From: Candidatus Woesearchaeota archaeon
GTDB lineage: Archaea; Nanobdellota; Nanobdellia; Woesearchaeales; WAPY01
Assembly: GCA_049700835.1 (NCBI GenBank)
Contig: JBNAUL010000002.1
Coordinates: forward strand, 208,275-272,274
Reading direction: 5' to 3'
Length of the DNA: 64,000 nucleotides
Both the position numbers and the translations under genes were made by a program. Shown piece after piece: positions 33,889-42,746 of the stretch; the first letter of the stretch is position 1, and every line of letters starts with the position of its first letter. Below the pieces are notes generated by a model, which saw only the letters and a list, made by a program, of their open reading frames with translations, ran no database searches and was not told the origin of the DNA.

Positions 33889-34839
33889 TCACTCCTTTTC
33901 AATTTTCATAACCAAACTTATTTCTAGCAAGTTAAGAGTATTAACAATAATTACTACTAATCTTGTCAATAGTATTATCTCATGCCTTTCAAGATTCTTG
34001 TTTTTCAGGAACATTTCATTGTTCTTTTCAAAGATTTCTCTTCTTAAAGAATATATAGAGTTTATCTTATCGCTGTTGTAAGTGTAAAAAATCTCGTATG
34101 CCAATCTGAATGTTTGGTTGATTTTTGAGAATATTTCAAGGACTTCTCTTCTTACTGGTTTGCTGAAATAAAATAACTCTTTTGTCAGATACCTGTACAC
34201 ATGGATTATTTCTTCCAACTGCGTAAGGTAATTGTAGAGAAGGGTTGTTTTCTTGTAATCATAGTAGCCATATTTGCTCAACAGCCTCAAGCAATAGTAG
34301 ATTAACTTCTCTATCGTGTCGTGCTTATCGTAGAGCTGTATTTGTTTAAGCTCTTTTATCGCATTGTAGCTTTCATTTCCCATCTCTAATATTAGTAAGA
34401 ATATTCTCCTCATTATGTTATCAAACTCCTTTTCATTCGTTGTTGTAATCTCTTTTATTAGGCAGTAATTTTCAGTGCTGCTTATGATTTCAATTCCTAT
34501 GAGCTTATCTACCTGGGCCCTGATTGCGCTGTAAACAGGAACATTGTTCTTTAATTTCAAATCCCTTGTTTCTTTATTCTTGAATTTTAGTTTTATTTCT
34601 TCGTATCCTGCTTTGTATGCGCCCTTGATGCAGACCTCTATCAACTGCTTTGACATATCTGTAACATCAAGTTCTATGGATTCTATGCTGATTGGTTTTT
34701 TTGTTGAGATTACGAGGCTATTTGCTTTCTCCTCGATTTCAAGTTCTTCCCCTTTTGAGATTTTGTATTTTTCAACCCACTTCTTCGGCAGAGAAATGAC
34801 AGAGGTTTTTCCGGCAAGCTGTATAACTTTCCTTTTCAT
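33889..34839 (-). CDS. Transcriptional regulator with N-terminal AbrB/SpoVT swapped-hairpin domain and a PhoU-like C-terminal domain
   Basis: N-terminal VIQLAGKTSVISLPKKWVEKYKISKGEELEIE fits the AbrB/MazE/SpoVT fold. A ~200-aa alpha-helical remainder has PhoU-like repeats. Confidence 0.45.
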   Translation of the reverse strand: MKRKVIQLAGKTSVISLPKKWVEKYKISKGEELEIEEKANSLVISTKKPISIESIELDVTDMSKQLIEVCIKGAYKAGYEEIKLKFKNKETRDLKLKNNVPVYSAIRAQVDKLIGIEIISSTENYCLIKEITTTNEKEFDNIMRRIFLLILEMGNESYNAIKELKQIQLYDKHDTIEKLIYYCLRLLSKYGYYDYKKTTLLYNYLTQLEEIIHVYRYLTKELFYFSKPVRREVLEIFSKINQTFRLAYEIFYTYNSDKINSIYSLRREIFEKNNEMFLKNKNLERHEIILLTRLVVIIVNTLNLLEISLVMKIEKE

Positions 34840-34986
34840 AGAGTGCAGGAAATTATTCTTAATATATAAATTTTTCTAATTATATAATTATATATTAATT
34901 TATATTTTTTAAGGATAAATTATATATTTATCAGCACATTATTAATGATTGTTTTTCCAAAAAAAATGAAAACAAATCAAATTTAA

Positions 34987-35466
34987 ATGGTGATTTTAAT
35001 GAAAATAACAAAAAAAGATTTAATGATCATAACAGAATTGAGGAGAAACGCAAGAGAAACGCTTACAAGATTGAGCAGAAAAACAAGAATACCAATATCA
35101 ACGATATTCGACAGGTTAAAGCTACAGGAAGGAGAACTCATTAAAAAGCACTGCGCCTTAATAGATTTTCAGAAGATAGGATTTTCAATAAGAGCTAACA
35201 TCCTTATAAAGGTCCCTGTTGAACAAAGAAACAGGTTAGTTGAGCACTTGCAGAAAGAACTCCACATCAATACTGTGCTTAGAATAAACAATGGATACGA
35301 TTTTTTGGTTGAAGCGCTTTTCAGGACTTTAAAAGAGGCAGAGGGCTTTGTGAATAAGCTTGAAGAAGAATACAAGATAGAGGATAAAAAGGTCTTTTAT
35401 GTCATCGATGAGATAAAGAGAGAAGAATTTTTATCAAGCCCTGTATTTGCTGATATGCTCTTTTAA
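34987..35466 (+). CDS. Lrp/AsnC-family transcriptional regulator
   Basis: N-terminal HTH (DLMIITELRRNARETLTRLSRKTRIPISTIFDRLKL) followed by a RAM-domain beta-alpha-beta pattern. Confidence 0.7.
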   Translation: MVILMKITKKDLMIITELRRNARETLTRLSRKTRIPISTIFDRLKLQEGELIKKHCALIDFQKIGFSIRANILIKVPVEQRNRLVEHLQKELHINTVLRINNGYDFLVEALFRTLKEAEGFVNKLEEEYKIEDKKVFYVIDEIKREEFLSSPVFADMLF

Positions 35467-35521
35467 CGATATGCTCTTTTGAAATTCTCATAAAAAACAA
35501 AAAAACAAAATAAAAAAGAAA

Positions 35522-37135
35522 TTAAAATGCTTTTTTAGGACAATCTTTTACCTGGTCAGAGCACTTTTGCAAGTAGAAACATTTTTGTTTCATAAGCTCA
35601 GAAATTTCTTTCCCATATCTAGGAATTTCAGAAATTTTATTAACGAGTTCTTGCGTTAAATATTGCATCTCCTTCTTTGCAGTGGCACATAATCTTTCTC
35701 CAGAAAGCTTAATAAGATTATACCCATCAAAATTTTCATAAACAAAAACCTTTAACCCATGAGGCAGAACTATGTTTGCAGACATTGGATCTGTGTTATA
35801 TTCATTTATTAGTTTATTCCAAAAATTTAACAACATCTCATAATCCTTTGCAAATATTTCTGCTTTACCCTTTAATGCTTCTGGGTAAGTAAAAAGTTTT
35901 GCTGAATCTAAATTTTTATTAACTGCTATTTTAGCAGCAGCTCTTTTAGCAGCACAAACTAATGGTTCATATTGTTTTGGAACTGTTCTGTGCCTTGTTT
36001 CTTGATGCAATAATGACAAATCCACAACTCTCAAAACTTTTACATTTATTGTTTTCAACACATCATACATGTTCTTTTTTAGTTTATTTTCTTTGCTCTT
36101 CAAAGTTTCAATTATTTTTTCAGTTCCATAATTTTCTATAACGTGCAAAGGGTCTGAAATCTCTAGAACAACAGCATTTCTTATAACATTTCTTATAGGA
36201 GTTTCTGTATGTGCTCCGTAAGCTCTAAGCAGTATCTCCTCAAGTTTTTCTGTTGCTCCATTCTCTGGCAAAAATAAACTTCCAGATGGAAAATGTTGAA
36301 GTTGATCGTAATTCGTATTCCACTTTCTTACCAATAATTTGTTTTTTTGTTGCAGAACATCAAAAATTTTGCTTGAGTATTCAAAAATAGCATCTAATCC
36401 TCCTCTGTCATTAATTATTTTTTCTCCTTTTGAATTAGATGTTATTCCTGATTCAAGGAACATCTGCCAAAAAGCTCTCAATGAAATATCTGCTGTTAAG
36501 GAAGTCAATAAACTCAATGGCTGAATGTACATTGCATCTTCTCTGTATTTTTTCCTTTCCTCTTCATCAAAACATTCTAATAATTTATTATAATCCTCAT
36601 TAATAACAGCTATTATTGAACTGTACTCCTTCATTATCCTTTCATTTTTGGAAAACTCCTTTGGAATGAAATAAGCATTGTGTTCTATTCTCCTTGTGGA
36701 TTTTTGAAGCAAGGAAACGCCTCTTTCAAATGTTGTCAGCCACAGAGTAAAAATTCTTGGAGCAATTAAACTGATTCTCTCAGTTATCAAATCTGCTGCT
36801 GCATTATGGCCCTTTCCAAGAGAGTTCTCCAGAATCCTTTCTACATCTTCTTCTCTTAATTCTTCTACATATTGATTGTAAGTCCCTATTCTTGATGTCT
36901 GCTTCAGGGCAGCAGAAAGTTCTTGTAATTTCTTATAACCGTTTTTGTCACTAAAGTTTTCAGTTTCATGAATAGTTATTGGCCTTAAACTTTCATCCTT
37001 TTCTCCAAGCTGTTCAAGCTCTTCAAGAGTAAAAAGATTTTTGTCTTTAAAATAAGGTTCTATTTTTTCTACAAGAGTTCCAGGAAATGTATATATTTTA
37101 ATCTCAGAATTGTTCTTAGAAGCTTCAGATTCCAT
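35522..37135 (-). CDS. thyX: Tandem-duplicated flavin-dependent thymidylate synthase (ThyX-like pseudo-dimer); the N-terminal copy lacks the RHR motif, the C-terminal copy retains it
   Basis: 537 aa. Half 1 reads GKGHNAAADLITERISLIAPRIFTLWLTTFERGVSLL..RRIEHNAYFIPKE, comparable to ThyX GHETPFEH..APIFVARQWFRHR..SYEFYIPSPE, followed by REDAMYIQPLSL.T...R (cf. ARIVLPLNLYT...R). Half 2 reads LHQETRHRTVPKQYEP (an RHR motif) followed by ANIVLPHGLKV...ERLCATAKKEMQYL (cf. ARIVLPLNL...RADSHAQWEIQQY). Confidence 0.55.
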   Translation of the reverse strand: MESEASKNNSEIKIYTFPGTLVEKIEPYFKDKNLFTLEELEQLGEKDESLRPITIHETENFSDKNGYKKLQELSAALKQTSRIGTYNQYVEELREEDVERILENSLGKGHNAAADLITERISLIAPRIFTLWLTTFERGVSLLQKSTRRIEHNAYFIPKEFSKNERIMKEYSSIIAVINEDYNKLLECFDEEERKKYREDAMYIQPLSLLTSLTADISLRAFWQMFLESGITSNSKGEKIINDRGGLDAIFEYSSKIFDVLQQKNKLLVRKWNTNYDQLQHFPSGSLFLPENGATEKLEEILLRAYGAHTETPIRNVIRNAVVLEISDPLHVIENYGTEKIIETLKSKENKLKKNMYDVLKTINVKVLRVVDLSLLHQETRHRTVPKQYEPLVCAAKRAAAKIAVNKNLDSAKLFTYPEALKGKAEIFAKDYEMLLNFWNKLINEYNTDPMSANIVLPHGLKVFVYENFDGYNLIKLSGERLCATAKKEMQYLTQELVNKISEIPRYGKEISELMKQKCFYLQKCSDQVKDCPKKAF

Positions 37136-37296
37136 AAGACCACCCAGCTTATAGACACCATAAAAAGATTATCTTTAAATAATTTTTGTTACTTAAAAAG
37201 AATTATTTTAAAATTAGCATTTGATTATAAATATTGTATTATTGTAAAACAGAATTTTTTTATATTAGTGAAAATTATTTTTTAAAGGGTGATTCA

Positions 37297-37788
37297 ATGG
37301 CAAGGCCAAGCTGGGATGAATATTTTTTAGGAATAGTTGACAGTGTTGCTCAAAGAGCAACATGCGACAGGGGAAAATCTGGGTGCGTTGTTGTCAAGGA
37401 CAAGAGAATTCTAACAACAGGATATGTCGGGGCTCCTTCTGGACTTCCTCATTGCGATGAAGTCGGGCATATGCTCAGAAAGTCAGTAGACGAAAATGGC
37501 GAAATAAAATTGCACTGCGTTAGAACAGTTCATGCAGAGCAGAATGCTATCTGCCAAGCAGCAAAGTTTGGAATTTCGCTGCAAGGAGCAACTATTTATT
37601 GCACAATGGTTCCCTGCTTTACCTGCGCAAAATTGATTGTTAATGTAGGAATTAAAAGGGTTGTTTGCAAGTTTAGGTATCATGCTGATAAAGACACAGT
37701 AGAATTGTTCAAAGAAGCAGGGGTTGAGCTTGAGGTAGTTAATGAAAAGGTTTTAGAATATGAGAACCAATCTTCAGGAAAGATTTAG
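37297..37788 (+). CDS. dCMP deaminase (deoxycytidylate deaminase, zinc-dependent)
   Basis: PSWDEYFL, the HAE (CVRTVHAEQNAI) and PCxxC (MVPCFTCAKL) zinc motifs. The ATG at 37297 follows an AGGGTGA Shine-Dalgarno; the track start at 37234 is unlikely. Confidence 0.8.
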   Translation: MARPSWDEYFLGIVDSVAQRATCDRGKSGCVVVKDKRILTTGYVGAPSGLPHCDEVGHMLRKSVDENGEIKLHCVRTVHAEQNAICQAAKFGISLQGATIYCTMVPCFTCAKLIVNVGIKRVVCKFRYHADKDTVELFKEAGVELEVVNEKVLEYENQSSGKI

Positions 37789-37829
37789 TTTGAAAGATTA
37801 AAAAACTTTGAAGATTAAAAAACTAAAAA

Positions 37830-37906
37830 CTGGTGGGGCTGTTGGGATTTGAACCCAAGCCACTAGGTCCCGAACCTAGGATACTACCAAGTTATACTAC
37901 AGCCCC
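37830..37906 (-). tRNA. tRNA-Pro (anticodon CGG) with genomically encoded 3' CCA
   Basis: The reverse complement gives GGGGCTG-TA-GTAT..GTAT-C-CTAGG-TTCGGGA-CCTAG-..-TTGGG-TTCAAAT-CCCAA-CAGCCCC-A-CCA. The D-stem uses G-U pairs. Confidence 0.65.
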
Positions 37907-38118
37907 AAAACAATCGCAAAACAATCAAAACGAATTAAAATGAATTCTTGATTTATATAAAAACTTTGTTCTTCAGAACAGAAGAAAAGAAGAGAGAGCA
38001 GCAAGAAGCACATGACAATCTCTGCTATACACATTGCTATGAAAACCATTATTGTTTCCACTAATTAATAACAAAAATAATAAAATTTAAATATGGATTT
38101 ATAACTACACTTCATAAG

Positions 38119-38841
38119 ATGAATGAAGACTATTCCCTTAGAGAAAGTGAGATTGAAGATTTTCTGAAAAGTTTTTGGAACGAAAAGGAAAAATACTTTT
38201 TAAGAAAACCTTACATTGTTGAGTTTGCAGGCCCTCCAAAATCAGGAAAATCAACTTTGATAGATTCCATAAAATACAAATTTAACGATTATGGGATTAT
38301 ACCTGAGGTTTCCATTGATTCTGTTGTAAAAAAAGAAGATAGTTTAGAGTACATTGTAAATTCACAAGCAAAAACAAGATTGAGATTACTAGAAGCAAAA
38401 TGCAGGAGGAATGAAGAAATAATTTTTATTGACTGCGGAGCTTTCAGCGAGTTGGCATTGCTTGATGCGTATAAAAAGGATAAAAAGATAAAGAAGGAAC
38501 AGGAATGGATTTACAAAAATTTGAGAAATCAGATACTTTTTGATTTTGTCTATGAGGATATGGTAATCTATGTGTGTATACCTTTGAAAGAAGAAAACAA
38601 GAGAATAGAAAACGAGGTTAAAATATTCAGCCATAAAAAAATGTATGAAAGGAGTATAATAAATCCTAAATTCATAGAAAAATTTAACTTAACTTATGAG
38701 AATGTTTATAAAAAAGAACTTATAGTTCAAAGATTAAAAGAAAAAATGAAATTTATAATGATTGAAGGAAGCAGAGCAGTGAATGAAAACATTGAAATAA
38801 TAATGGAAGAGATAAAAAGCGAATTCTACAATAAGGGTTAA
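38119..38841 (+). CDS. P-loop NTPase, probable deoxynucleoside/deoxynucleotide (dNMP) kinase-like
   Basis: Walker A FAGPPKSGKST near the N-terminus, as in dNK/dTMP-kinase-like enzymes. It sits between dCMP deaminase and the rest of the pyrimidine cluster. Specificity was inferred from context only. Confidence 0.45.
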   Translation: MNEDYSLRESEIEDFLKSFWNEKEKYFLRKPYIVEFAGPPKSGKSTLIDSIKYKFNDYGIIPEVSIDSVVKKEDSLEYIVNSQAKTRLRLLEAKCRRNEEIIFIDCGAFSELALLDAYKKDKKIKKEQEWIYKNLRNQILFDFVYEDMVIYVCIPLKEENKRIENEVKIFSHKKMYERSIINPKFIEKFNLTYENVYKKELIVQRLKEKMKFIMIEGSRAVNENIEIIMEEIKSEFYNKG

Positions 38842-39050
38842 AAAGCAAAAGCAAAAAGAAAAAAACATTTAAAGAGGCTAAAAAACTGAAATTAAAAAAA
38901 TTAAGCATAACCCTGTTTTGACTCAAGTTCAATCTCAACTTCTTCAAGTCCTGCCTTTTTGGCTTTAAGTTTTGGCAACTTCTTCTTGTAAATCAAATAG
39001 ATTATGCAAGCAAAAACAAAACTGAAAAAACCTGTGATTGAAAAACCAAT

Positions 39051-40415
39051 TCAAACCCCTAATGCTTTGAGCCTGAGAGTTATTGCTAAGAGATAAACTA
39101 AACCCAACTTGAAAACAAAATTGTGTGCAAAATTGATAACCATTGAAAGAAAGGCCTGTTTCAACCCTCTGAAAAAGCCAAGCAGTATGTTTCTGAAGAG
39201 AAGAAAAAATAGGAATGGAGCAAGCAATCTTAAAAACAAGGATGCATTTAAAACAACTTCAGGGTCGTTTGTGAATATTCTTACGATAAATCTTGAAAGG
39301 ACAAAAACGATTACAATTATAACAGACATAAGTTTAACTCCTGTTTTAAATGCCTCTCTGATTGCTTCAAAAACCCTTTTTGAATTTCCTGCTCCAAAGT
39401 TCTGAGCCACAATAGTTGAAACAGCGACAGAAATTCCGTTTGCAGGCAGAGTTAGCAAACTGAACAACCTGCTTACAATTCCATAAGAAGCGATTGCTGT
39501 TGTCCCAAACAAGCTTACAATTCCAAGCAAGATAAAATTTCCAATGCTTATTGAACCATTATCCAGAAACAATGGAATTCCTAATTTAAGAATTTCCTTG
39601 ATTGTGCCAAAGCATGGCTTCATTAAATTCAATCTTATTCTCAACCCATATGTTCCTTTTAGGAGATGATAAACAACTATAAGACTTATAACTCCCATGG
39701 AGAGCACTGTTGCGATTGCTGCTCCAAGAACTCCCATTCTTGGAAAAGGCCAAATTCCAAATATCATTAGTGGGTCTAAAAACACATTCAACAGAACTGA
39801 AAGTAAAACAAGTTTTAAAGTGGTTTTTGTGTCTCCAAGAGCCCTGAGAGCAGCTTCAAATATATAATATGGGAACATTATAAGAAATCCAATAAACATT
39901 GTTCTAAGGTATAAAACAGAATTCTGAAAAACCATTGGTTCTGTTGTGAAAAAACCTATAATTTTTTTCTGTGAAGAAAAAACCGAATATTGAGAAGAAC
40001 AGTAATATCGAGAAGAGCAGTATGAATGTTTGCGAGAGTATTGTTTCCAATTCTTTTTTCCAGGACTTTTGTTGCTGCCTCTTTTGCTGCTTTTGTTTTT
40101 GCTTTGCATTAAAGTTCTTTCCAGCAGAATGCGCCATCAGTATTGAACCACCTATTCCTATTCCAGAGGATAATGAAATGGTTAAAAAGATTATTGGAAA
40201 GCTCAGAGTAACAGAAGCAATTGCATAACTTCCTAATCTTCCAACCCAAAAGTGTCTGTAAGATTATAGAATGTCTGCAGCAAACTTAAAAACATTACAG
40301 GCAAAGCCAATCTTACCAATATCTTTTTTAGTTTTTCATTGAGAACTCCATTTATTTTGTCTTCAAGAACCTTGTTGGCAGAATATTTTGCTCTTTTTAC
40401 TTTTTCATCAGACAT
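39051..40415 (-). pseudogene. MATE-family efflux transporter, apparently disrupted (N-terminal fragment 40233-40415; body 39051-40109 with an aberrant K/S/Q-rich N-terminal extension)
   Basis: The 60-aa ORF 40233-40415 ends ...LALPVMFLSLLQTFYNLTDTF, which is MATE TM1. The 352-aa ORF contains FEAALRALGDTKTTL and six or more further helices of a MATE C-terminal half. The ~330 bp between them (39904-40232) is in other frames and contains simple-sequence runs. At least two frameshifts are required to join them. Confidence 0.45.
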
Positions 40416-40476
40416 AGAATATTTTGAACAAAGAACCTATTTAAAAATCTATTTATCTTATTTTTTCATTTTTGAG

Positions 40477-40560
40477 TGCGGGGGAAGGGATTTGAACCCT
40501 TGAACCCACTTAGGGACTAGGCCCTGAACCTAGCGCATTTGGCCACTTTGCTACCCCCGC
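40477..40560 (-). tRNA. tRNA-Leu (anticodon CAG), class II with long variable arm
   Basis: The reverse complement gives GCGGGGG-TA-GCA..TGC-G-CTAGG-TTCAGGG-CCTAG-TCCCTAAGTGGGTT-CAAGGG-TTCAAAT-CCCTTC-CCCCGC-A. Confidence 0.7.
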
Positions 40561-40590
40561 AAATAACAAGCAGTCATAGCATTTTGATTG

Positions 40591-41190
40591 TCATGCAAAA
40601 AACATTCCTTTTATTCCCTGAACTATGAACTCAACCGCAATCGCTGTCAAGACCAAACCCATCAACCTTGAAAGAATTTCGTTTCCCTGCTTCCCTAAAA
40701 ATTTGTAGATGATGTTTGAGTAATAAAATATTATAAAAGTCATTAGCAGGCTGAGCCCTGCTGCAATCAATGCAATGAATTTGCCATAATGTATGACTAT
40801 TATTATAGCTGAAGTTATAACCCCTGGGCCAGTTATTAGAGGAGTTGCCAAAGGAACTGCTGCAATGCTATATCCGAGCAAAGATTCTCTTGTAATCCTC
40901 AAATCCAAAACATACTCAATTCCCATTATGAGCAAGATTATTCCTCCTGCTATTCTGAAACTGTTGAGCGAAATTCCAAAAAATTCAAGTATCTTGCCTC
41001 CAAAAAAAATAAAGAGCAGCAGTATGAATGCTGCGATACTAACTGCCTTTTTTATTGTGTTCCTTCTTTCAAAAACAGATTGTTTCTTTGTCAAACTCAT
41101 TAGTATGGTTATTCCTCCGAATGGGTCCATTATGACAAATATTGAAAGGAAGGCCTTCATTATGGAATAATAATCCAACATTTCAAGCAC
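40591..41190 (-). CDS. MarC-family (UPF0056) integral membrane protein
   Basis: 199 aa. N-terminal FLSIFVIMDPFGGITILMSL is the MarC signature. There are six predicted helices. Confidence 0.7.
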   Translation of the reverse strand: MLEMLDYYSIMKAFLSIFVIMDPFGGITILMSLTKKQSVFERRNTIKKAVSIAAFILLLFIFFGGKILEFFGISLNSFRIAGGIILLIMGIEYVLDLRITRESLLGYSIAAVPLATPLITGPGVITSAIIIVIHYGKFIALIAAGLSLLMTFIIFYYSNIIYKFLGKQGNEILSRLMGLVLTAIAVEFIVQGIKGMFFA

Positions 41191-41358
41191 CTTTTACAGC
41201 ACCTTTTTATTTTTAATTTGATTTTTATTGTTTCTCAAAGCAACCAATCATTAATTTAAATATGTTTTGCAAATATGTTTTGTAGCATAAAAAAGTTTTT
41301 AAATGCTTTTGTTTTAAATAAAAATTTCCTTTTTCAAATTTAATTTGAGGGTGGTTTT

Positions 41359-42744
41359 GTGAAGTTTTATGAAGTTGTAATTATTGGCTCTGGACCTGCT
41401 GGCCTGTTCTGCGCATTACACTTATCTGAAAATGCAAGAGGCATTAAAGAATTGAATCCTAAAATTTTATTAGTAGAGAAAAATAGTTTTTTAGGAGGGC
41501 TTGGCGCGAGAACAGACGGAAAACTAAACCTGAGCACAGAGATTGGAATGGACCTCAATGAGTTGCAGATTAAAAAGGAGTTTGCAGAAAAAATAATAGA
41601 TTACATTGACAGTTGTTTTAATTCAGAACAAAATTTTGAACTCACAGGATTAAATGAAATTGAAATCAATCATTGGAACGAAAAGCTCAGCAAGGAAGGC
41701 TTAGTTCTGATTTCTGCAAGGCAAAGACATATGGGAACTGACAGAACCATTAAGGTAATGAAGAACTTTGAGAAAACGCTAATAGAAAACAATGTTGAAA
41801 TTTGGTTTAACAAGGAAGTCGTTGACATAAAGAGAAACAACTGGCTGTTCAACATAATATTCAAGGACGAAATCGTTTGTTGCAGGTATGTTGTCGTTGC
41901 TCCTGGACGTTCTGGCTCTTATTGGTTTAGGGATGTTGCAAACAATTTAGGCGTTGATTGGAAATATGGGCACATAGACATAGGGTTAAGAGTAGAGTTT
42001 GATGCAAAGATTTTTGAAGAGATAACAAAAGTGATATATGACCCAAAAATAAAGTATACAACATCATCTCATGGCGACAAGGTAAGAACATTCTGCACAA
42101 ACCCTAGAGGTTTTGTAACTGTTGAAGAGTTGGACGGATTCAAACTTGTCAATGGGCACGCTTTCAGCAACAAAAAATCAGAAAACACCAATCTTGCAAT
42201 ACTACAAACAATAGGACTGCACGCGCCTTTTGCAGACACCACCATGTACGGCAGAAACTTGGCAAAGAATGTCAATCTTTTGGGTGGGAATAAGCCGCTG
42301 CTTCAGAGATTAGGAGACCTTCAAAGAGGAAGAAGAACAAAGTATGAAAGGTTTTATGATTATGGAAATTTAGAACCTACGATAAGCTATGGCAATGGAA
42401 GCACTGAAATAAAAGGCGCTGTTACTTTGGGTGATATTTCAATGGTTTATTCAAAGAGATTGTTGGACAACTTGCTTGAATTTCTAAGCAAGCTTGACAA
42501 GGTTTTCCCTGGAATAATGCATCCGCAAACATTGATATATGCTCCTGAAATAAAGTTCTATGACACTGTTTATAATACCAACAAATTTTTAGAAACAAAT
42601 ATACCAAATCTATTTGTTGCTGGTGATGGCGTTGGAAAGTCAAGAGGAATTGTCGGAGCTGCACTGACAGGAGTCTTAGCATCCTTGGGAATAATCTCAA
42701 AATTCAAAAGTTTAAGTTTAGAGGAACTTGAAAGTTTGGTTTGA
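41359..42744 (+). CDS. FAD-dependent dehydrogenase of the uncharacterised COG2509 family
   Basis: N-terminal dinucleotide fold VVIIGSGPAGLFCAL and C-terminal GDGVGKSRGIVGAALTGV, which is typical of COG2509 proteins. Confidence 0.6.
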   Translation: MKFYEVVIIGSGPAGLFCALHLSENARGIKELNPKILLVEKNSFLGGLGARTDGKLNLSTEIGMDLNELQIKKEFAEKIIDYIDSCFNSEQNFELTGLNEIEINHWNEKLSKEGLVLISARQRHMGTDRTIKVMKNFEKTLIENNVEIWFNKEVVDIKRNNWLFNIIFKDEIVCCRYVVVAPGRSGSYWFRDVANNLGVDWKYGHIDIGLRVEFDAKIFEEITKVIYDPKIKYTTSSHGDKVRTFCTNPRGFVTVEELDGFKLVNGHAFSNKKSENTNLAILQTIGLHAPFADTTMYGRNLAKNVNLLGGNKPLLQRLGDLQRGRRTKYERFYDYGNLEPTISYGNGSTEIKGAVTLGDISMVYSKRLLDNLLEFLSKLDKVFPGIMHPQTLIYAPEIKFYDTVYNTNKFLETNIPNLFVAGDGVGKSRGIVGAALTGVLASLGIISKFKSLSLEELESLV

Positions 42745-42746
42745 AG

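Noticed and set aside
39971-40228. 85-aa plus-strand ORF with a CCCLFCCFCFCF motif
   Set aside because: It lies in the frameshifted gap of the minus-strand MATE gene and derives from simple-sequence repeats, so it is not a credible gene.
40793-41170. 125-aa ORF antisense to the MarC-family gene
   Set aside because: It is fully contained in a gene with a clear family signature on the other strand.
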